Part shown: in pieces, positions 24,908 to 29,940 of the stretch
How positions within the stretch are numbered: position 1 is the stretch's first letter
Layout of the letters: each line of letters starts with the position of its first letter
DNA from: Promethearchaeati archaeon
Lineage (GTDB): Archaea; Asgardarchaeota; Heimdallarchaeia; JABLTI01
Direction of reading: 5' to 3'
Assembly (NCBI GenBank): GCA_013166835.1
Contig: JABLTI010000023.1
Location: 1-29,940 of the forward strand
Length of the DNA: 29,940 nt
Notes under the pieces: generated by a model
What the model was told of the DNA's origin: nothing
The model's database searches: none
The model's input: only the letters and a program-made list of their open reading frames with translations
Program-made: the position numbers and the translations under genes

Positions 24908-27529
24908 TTATTTTGACTTCTTTTTGTTTTTTCGCTTGATACTCTTGAGAATCCAAGGTTTTTCTATCATTTTAATTGTGTTTAATGCGAGTTTCAATGT
25001 ATTTCTCTCATCAAAAACGAGAGCCAGTTTTGCAACAGCACGAAGATGATGGATAAGTGTATCAAACCATCGATAGATATCTCCGGGATAAGCATATAAC
25101 AAGTAGGTAGTAGAAAGATCAGTTGTTATTTTTAACAGATTCTTATTTTCCAATCTTGATTCAACAATGATTCTTGAAATTGCACGTTCTCCACATCCAC
25201 ACCAGGGATTCTCTGCGCATTTACAATTAAAAATATCTTTGTTCCATTTTCCCATTGAATCTATAATTAACTTTGGAAGATTGCTACGTTTTTCTAAAGA
25301 TGATTCCATAAATTCCAAAACTGAACCAGAAAAGAGATTCGAACCAATGTATCGACTTTTTATTGCTTTCTCAATTTCAGCTTGAATTTTAGAGTTAAGA
25401 TATACAGAAGTAAATGGTTCTAAACCAATTGCAATTTCTAATGGACTTAATAGCTGCAGCTTCTTTTTTATCTCCCCTGATTCTGTTGGGGCCAAAAATG
25501 ATCTCGAAGTTGCTTTCCCTAGGTTTGTAGACCTGGGTCCTTCTTTGTAAATGTTAATCATTTCTAATTCTTTCAGTACTTTAAGAGACTCCTTTAAAGT
25601 CTCTGCTGGACCAAGGAAATTTTGAAAGACATCTATCATTTCTTGAAGGGTTGGTTCTTCCAAAGCTACAATCGATGCTAAGACTTGTTCCAACTGATTT
25701 TCCCCTTCCATGAGAGGTTCAACTGGTTCTATTTCTTCAGAGAGAAGCTCAAAAGCAATTGACTCCTCGGTATTTTCCATTGCGCTATGATATTTCCTGT
25801 TTGGTTGAACTAGAAGAACAACCTTACCACTATCATGATATCCTAATCTCCCAGCTCTTCCAGCCATTTGATGAAATTCAGCTACTGATATCCAGAAAAT
25901 CCCCATAGCGAGGGATTCAAATATAACTTGACTTGCTGGAAAATCTACTCCAGCACCTAAAGCAGCCGTCGTTATTATTGCAGCATATTTCCCATTTGCA
26001 AATCCAAATTCTGCCTTCTTTCTTTCACGAAATGTTAATCCTGAATGATAAACAACGGACTTCAAGCCGCCTTTACTCAGTTTAGTTGCTAATTCATAAC
26101 AATGTTTTCTGGAATTTGTAAACACGATTGTTTGTCCAAAATAACCATAAGTTGATTTTTTATTATATTCCGCTCTTATTAAATCTCTCAAATAGACTTC
26201 CTTTTCATCTTGATCTTTAGCTAAAACAACATGTCGTTCCAATGGAATTGGTCTTGCTTCATGCAATAGAGGTTTTAATCCAAGATCTCTCGCAAGTTCT
26301 TCAGGATTGCCTATTGTTGCTGATAAGCCAAGAATCTGAGCATTTGGAAATAATGCTTTGACTCGAGCAACTATACCATCGATCTCAGGTCCCCTTGATT
26401 CATTACTAATCATCTGAATTTCATCAATGATAACTGTCCCAATGTCTCCTAAAACCTCAGCTTTATTGTTTCTTAATAGCAAGTCAAAGGCTTCATAGGT
26501 TGCTGTAATAATGTCAGCATTCCTATAACCTGTATCTATAATGTATCGTGCTTCATTCCCTACATCTATCTTGCTCATCCCCACACGTATAGCTGTTCTC
26601 AATCCTTCTTTTGAGTACTTTTTCTTGAAATCTTCATATTTCTGATTTGTTAGGGCGACAAGTGGACTTAAGTAAATCATCTTTTGTCCTTGTAATGCTT
26701 TTGTTATTCCAATTAATTCCCCAATCAGCGTTTTCCCACTGCTAGTTCCCGCAACAACTAACAGATCTTCATTTTTGAATAAACCAGCGTTAATTGCTTT
26801 AACTTGAATCGGCAATAATTTATTGATTCCATTACTTTTCAGTATCTGCTTCATTCTACCAGGTATTTGTAAATTATCAATTGGTTTTGAATCAGTTAAA
26901 TCATCAATATCTCCAATGGTATCATATAATGTTAGTTCTGGGTTTCTTGTTGGTCTGAAATCATATTCAAAAGCTTCCAATACATTATCTACATTTTTGA
27001 TTTTGTTCAAAATACGATAGAAATGTCTTCTCCCAGAAGTTGCGAGTTTTATTTCCCTCGAATTTATTTCTTTATCTAATTCATCTCGAGCACATTGCTG
27101 ACAAGCTTTTCTTCCTGAAACCAAGTATTCTCTTTCTTCAGGTAAAATAGTGACATTTTTCTGATCAATCATACATAATCGACAAATTCTTCTAAAAGTT
27201 GGTTCATTAATATTGAAGGACTTGAAGTATTCCAAAAATAACTTGTAGTTTTTTGGTTGGTCATCATTTGGTATGATAATTCCTTTTGCTTTTCGTAAAA
27301 CATCTGTTATATCATCAGGACGTTTGTATTCACTACCAGTAGCACTGAGTACAACGTATTTGTATGGTCGTAATCTTCCATTTTCAATTACGAATTGCAG
27401 CTTAGCCCGTTCTAGGGGCTTCATGCGTAATGCCTTTGCTTTTGCTGGTAGGAGCAGCATATCGACCTGTTGTTTTTCATTATCAAAATCCATGAGAAAA
27501 ACAAAGTATTGAAAAGCCTGACTGGACAT
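24908..27529 (-). CDS. Archaea-specific Ski2-like SF2 helicase (ASH-Ski2/COG1202, C-terminal DUF5814-like)
   Basis: N-terminal CRLC..CQQC, Q motif LLPIQ, GTSSGKT, PLVALTNQK, DEIQ, LSAT, FTNSRK, YHSGL, TTAALGAGVDFPA, QMAGRAGR, C-terminal CKCAENPWCGCGE, AYPGD. Confidence 0.92.
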   Translation of the reverse strand: MSSQAFQYFVFLMDFDNEKQQVDMLLLPAKAKALRMKPLERAKLQFVIENGRLRPYKYVVLSATGSEYKRPDDITDVLRKAKGIIIPNDDQPKNYKLFLEYFKSFNINEPTFRRICRLCMIDQKNVTILPEEREYLVSGRKACQQCARDELDKEINSREIKLATSGRRHFYRILNKIKNVDNVLEAFEYDFRPTRNPELTLYDTIGDIDDLTDSKPIDNLQIPGRMKQILKSNGINKLLPIQVKAINAGLFKNEDLLVVAGTSSGKTLIGELIGITKALQGQKMIYLSPLVALTNQKYEDFKKKYSKEGLRTAIRVGMSKIDVGNEARYIIDTGYRNADIITATYEAFDLLLRNNKAEVLGDIGTVIIDEIQMISNESRGPEIDGIVARVKALFPNAQILGLSATIGNPEELARDLGLKPLLHEARPIPLERHVVLAKDQDEKEVYLRDLIRAEYNKKSTYGYFGQTIVFTNSRKHCYELATKLSKGGLKSVVYHSGLTFRERKKAEFGFANGKYAAIITTAALGAGVDFPASQVIFESLAMGIFWISVAEFHQMAGRAGRLGYHDSGKVVLLVQPNRKYHSAMENTEESIAFELLSEEIEPVEPLMEGENQLEQVLASIVALEEPTLQEMIDVFQNFLGPAETLKESLKVLKELEMINIYKEGPRSTNLGKATSRSFLAPTESGEIKKKLQLLSPLEIAIGLEPFTSVYLNSKIQAEIEKAIKSRYIGSNLFSGSVLEFMESSLEKRSNLPKLIIDSMGKWNKDIFNCKCAENPWCGCGERAISRIIVESRLENKNLLKITTDLSTTYLLYAYPGDIYRWFDTLIHHLRAVAKLALVFDERNTLKLALNTIKMIEKPWILKSIKRKNKKKSK

Positions 27530-27612
27530 TTCTCTGAACCTAGTTTTAACAAATGATAATTTAAAAAAAATCCTAATAATAATTAAAGTTGTGGAAGCTG
27601 TGGAAAAAACTA

Positions 27613-28623
27613 CTAAGTCTTTGAATAATAACTAATAATATATCTTGAATTCAAACTTTTCTTTGTTAATTCAAAGTTATATTTTGTTAAGGCTGCTCTG
27701 ATAGTATCAAAATTAGCATATTCGTTTATTCCCTCAATGCACAATCCTAACCATTCGGAAATGAGAGTTTTTCGTGGTTCATCCTTATATGGCACATAGA
27801 GTAGTAATTTAGTTCCATCTTTTGAAACTTGACTTGCTATATTGAGAACTCGTTCTAAATTTGGCATTGAGAATCCCAATGGATTAAATCCGAAAATCAA
27901 ATCAACTTTATCTTTGATTAAATTATTCAGCATTTCCGATGGATACATTATGCTGCTTTCTAAGTTACTTTTCTCATAACTTTTAATTGTATATTCGTAT
28001 GGTTCTTTTAATGCGGTATTTAGTTGTAAAGAATAAACATCACTATCTTGAAAAACAGATGCTAATTGTATTGCACTATAACCCAATCCAAAGCTGATAT
28101 CAAGAATTTTCTTTGGAGTACCAATAAACTCCAGTTGTGATATTGCTTCAGAACGCAGTGAATGTAAACCTCGTGATCCATCAATAGTATCAATAAAATA
28201 AATTAATTTTGCTAGATCTATCTTCTCTGTTTCATTGCGAATTATTTCAAGAAAATATTTGGCTAGATACTCTTGGAACAAATAAAGTTGGTTTGCTCCT
28301 TGTTCTCGAAGATAATCTCGAGAAGTGACTTTTGCAGGCAAAACACGTCTCCATTTATCAGCTAAAACGAAAACTTCACCTCTATATTCAAAATAACCGT
28401 ATTCAGCTAATTGAAAGAGCATTTTCCCAAATAATTCTTTCTTCACATATCGTTTACTATGAGAGATTACTGCTAGATCACAAGGAGTTTTGCAAAAGTT
28501 TCCTATACCTTCGTCTTCTGCAATTTGTTGTGCTATGTACGCAGAAAGGATTGCTATGTGTTCAAAGATTTCTTTAGGCAAAATTCTCTCACTCAATTTG
28601 TAGACGTATAAGTTATGTGTCAT
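27613..28623 (-). CDS. Methyltransferase-fold protein with N-terminal helical/winged-helix-like region
   Basis: KILDISFGLGYSA, VDLIF, KDGTKLLL. ATG at 28623 preferred over the TTG at 28728. Confidence 0.6.
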   Translation of the reverse strand: MTHNLYVYKLSERILPKEIFEHIAILSAYIAQQIAEDEGIGNFCKTPCDLAVISHSKRYVKKELFGKMLFQLAEYGYFEYRGEVFVLADKWRRVLPAKVTSRDYLREQGANQLYLFQEYLAKYFLEIIRNETEKIDLAKLIYFIDTIDGSRGLHSLRSEAISQLEFIGTPKKILDISFGLGYSAIQLASVFQDSDVYSLQLNTALKEPYEYTIKSYEKSNLESSIMYPSEMLNNLIKDKVDLIFGFNPLGFSMPNLERVLNIASQVSKDGTKLLLYVPYKDEPRKTLISEWLGLCIEGINEYANFDTIRAALTKYNFELTKKSLNSRYIISYYSKT

Positions 28624-28875
28624 ATCTTTTTTATTAAGGGAACCACAGAAGAAATTCCCATAAATAGATTTCTTATACGGCAATTGATGCCTTAATATAG
28701 GAAAATACCGAATTTTTAGTAGAGACAAATAATTTTTTTATATGAGAACATATGAAACCTAAGTAGCAGTAATAAAAACTAAGACTGATAAGTAAAAACT
28801 CGAGCTAATACTTAAAGCGAGAAGTTTTTATGTGCTATCTATTATTGATTTTTAGGAAAACAGAAGGTATATACA

Positions 28876-29940
28876 GTGTCTAAAAAAGTCTTAAGAAGTG
28901 TCGGAATAGACCTTGGAACAAGTACTATAAAGATCTCGTCCAACAATGGAAGTAACTTGGTAAAAATCCCATCAATTATTGGGGACCCAAATCCAGGATG
29001 GACCGGGATGACTTTAGACAAGTCATTAGAAAATAATCTTGTGTTAGAAGAAGGTGGGCAAACATTTTTTGTTGGAGAATTAGCGCGATTACAGAGCGAA
29101 ATTAAACGCGCTCTCGCTTCTGAGGGGAAAATGAAAAGCATTAAGGATGCTGTCATGGCAATAAAAGCAGCTTTGTCATTATTCATTAAAGGTGACGGTG
29201 AACAAGTCCTAATTGCAACTGGTGTTCCAGTAGCGACTTCACAAGATGAGATGTCAACTTTATCAAAAGGACTCTCTGAAGAAATGGAACTGAATGTTAG
29301 AAATGATGCTACAGGTGAAACTCACAGTTATAATATTAATGTACAAAAATGCTTAGTGCTTCCAGAACCTTATGGTTCTTATTATCAAATCTTGAAGACT
29401 TCAGGAGAAAGCCGTGCAGTTGATGCTATTATTGTTGACATTGGTCATGGTTCTACAGATATTTTGACTGTTTATCAAGGACGCTTAATGCGTACAGCTA
29501 GTGGCAGTTTAGAAGAAGCAGTTGATACTCTTACTACAAGAATGGCTAGAACCCTACAAGAGCAAACAGGAAAAATCATCAGACCATTTGATCTTATGAA
29601 GACAATTGAAAAGAATCTCAAAGCTGTCATGGTTGGTGGACAACAATATGATGTTTCAGAAGTGAAGGAATATTATACCCAAAACATTGCAGAGATAATT
29701 ATTGATGAAACTTCCAGATTACTCGGAACTTTACCACCCGATGCGTGGATAGAACGAGTAATCCTAACTGGTGGTGGGGCGTATGTTTTCGGTGATACAT
29801 TAAAGGAAATGATGTGGAAAGAGAATATCGTAAAATCACCTGAAGAAGTTGTCGTGCCAGATAATCCTGTAATGTGTAACGCAATGGGATTTGAACTCAT
29901 TGCCCAATCACGCATGAAACAAGAGTCTAAAACTAAATAA
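28876..29940 (+). CDS. Actin-fold ATPase, ParM/StbA/Ta0583-like
   Basis: Phosphate-1 GIDLGTSTIK, PSIIG, FVGELA, TGVPV, connect LPEPYGS, phosphate-2 VDIGHGSTD, adenosine ILTGGGA, NAMGF. GTG start; TAA stop at 29938-29940. Confidence 0.9.
   Translation: MSKKVLRSVGIDLGTSTIKISSNNGSNLVKIPSIIGDPNPGWTGMTLDKSLENNLVLEEGGQTFFVGELARLQSEIKRALASEGKMKSIKDAVMAIKAALSLFIKGDGEQVLIATGVPVATSQDEMSTLSKGLSEEMELNVRNDATGETHSYNINVQKCLVLPEPYGSYYQILKTSGESRAVDAIIVDIGHGSTDILTVYQGRLMRTASGSLEEAVDTLTTRMARTLQEQTGKIIRPFDLMKTIEKNLKAVMVGGQQYDVSEVKEYYTQNIAEIIIDETSRLLGTLPPDAWIERVILTGGGAYVFGDTLKEMMWKENIVKSPEEVVVPDNPVMCNAMGFELIAQSRMKQESKTK

Noticed and set aside
36-29915. Numerous short ORFs (60-127 aa) antisense to or overlapping the main genes
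   Set aside because: They are shadows of well-supported genes and have no recognisable motifs.
28876-29940. Eukaryote-like Asgard actin or MreB
   Set aside because: It lacks the DNGSG/GRP-type actin signatures and the MreB GIDLGTAN...EPS...RP pattern. TGVP, LPEP and DIGHGSTD fit ParM/Ta0583-like proteins better.
1-29940. CRISPR arrays, tRNA or rRNA genes
   Set aside because: All intergenic gaps are short (about 250 nt or less) and AT-rich, with no repeat-spacer periodicity or cloverleaf-like GC-rich segments.

Overview
Gene-dense, AT-rich archaeal chromosomal segment. It is most likely from an Asgard archaeon, possibly Heimdallarchaeia; this is inferred from the archaeal rps6e-aIF2gamma-PIN operon, an ASH-Ski2 helicase, an Asgard-type longin protein and a TAT-less reductive dehalogenase. 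Bases 62-10606 (minus strand) hold a complete 12-gene membrane-bound group 4 [NiFe]-hydrogenase operon in complex I gene order (A-B-C-D-H-I-J/J'-K-L-M-N), with both Ni-binding CxxC motifs intact and three antiporter subunits. It is transcribed divergently from a cytoplasmic reductive dehalogenase (RdhA-like), a HEAT-repeat gene and a GT2 gene. The middle holds a V4R-like protein, ornithine aminotransferase, an agmatinase-family enzyme, a truncated UvrC/Cho-like nuclease, rps6e-aIF2gamma-PIN, dCMP deaminase and a methyltransferase-fold protein. A minus-strand run encodes a methyltransferase-fold protein, ASH-Ski2 helicase, longin protein, a conserved hypothetical, a divergent EF1A-family GTPase with strongly eRF3/Hbs1-like features, and a PHP (YciV/RNase AM-like) hydrolase. 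The window ends with a complete ParM/Ta0583-like actin-fold ATPase. I recognised no rRNA, tRNA, CRISPR array or mobile element. All family calls come from motif recognition by eye, not from database searches.
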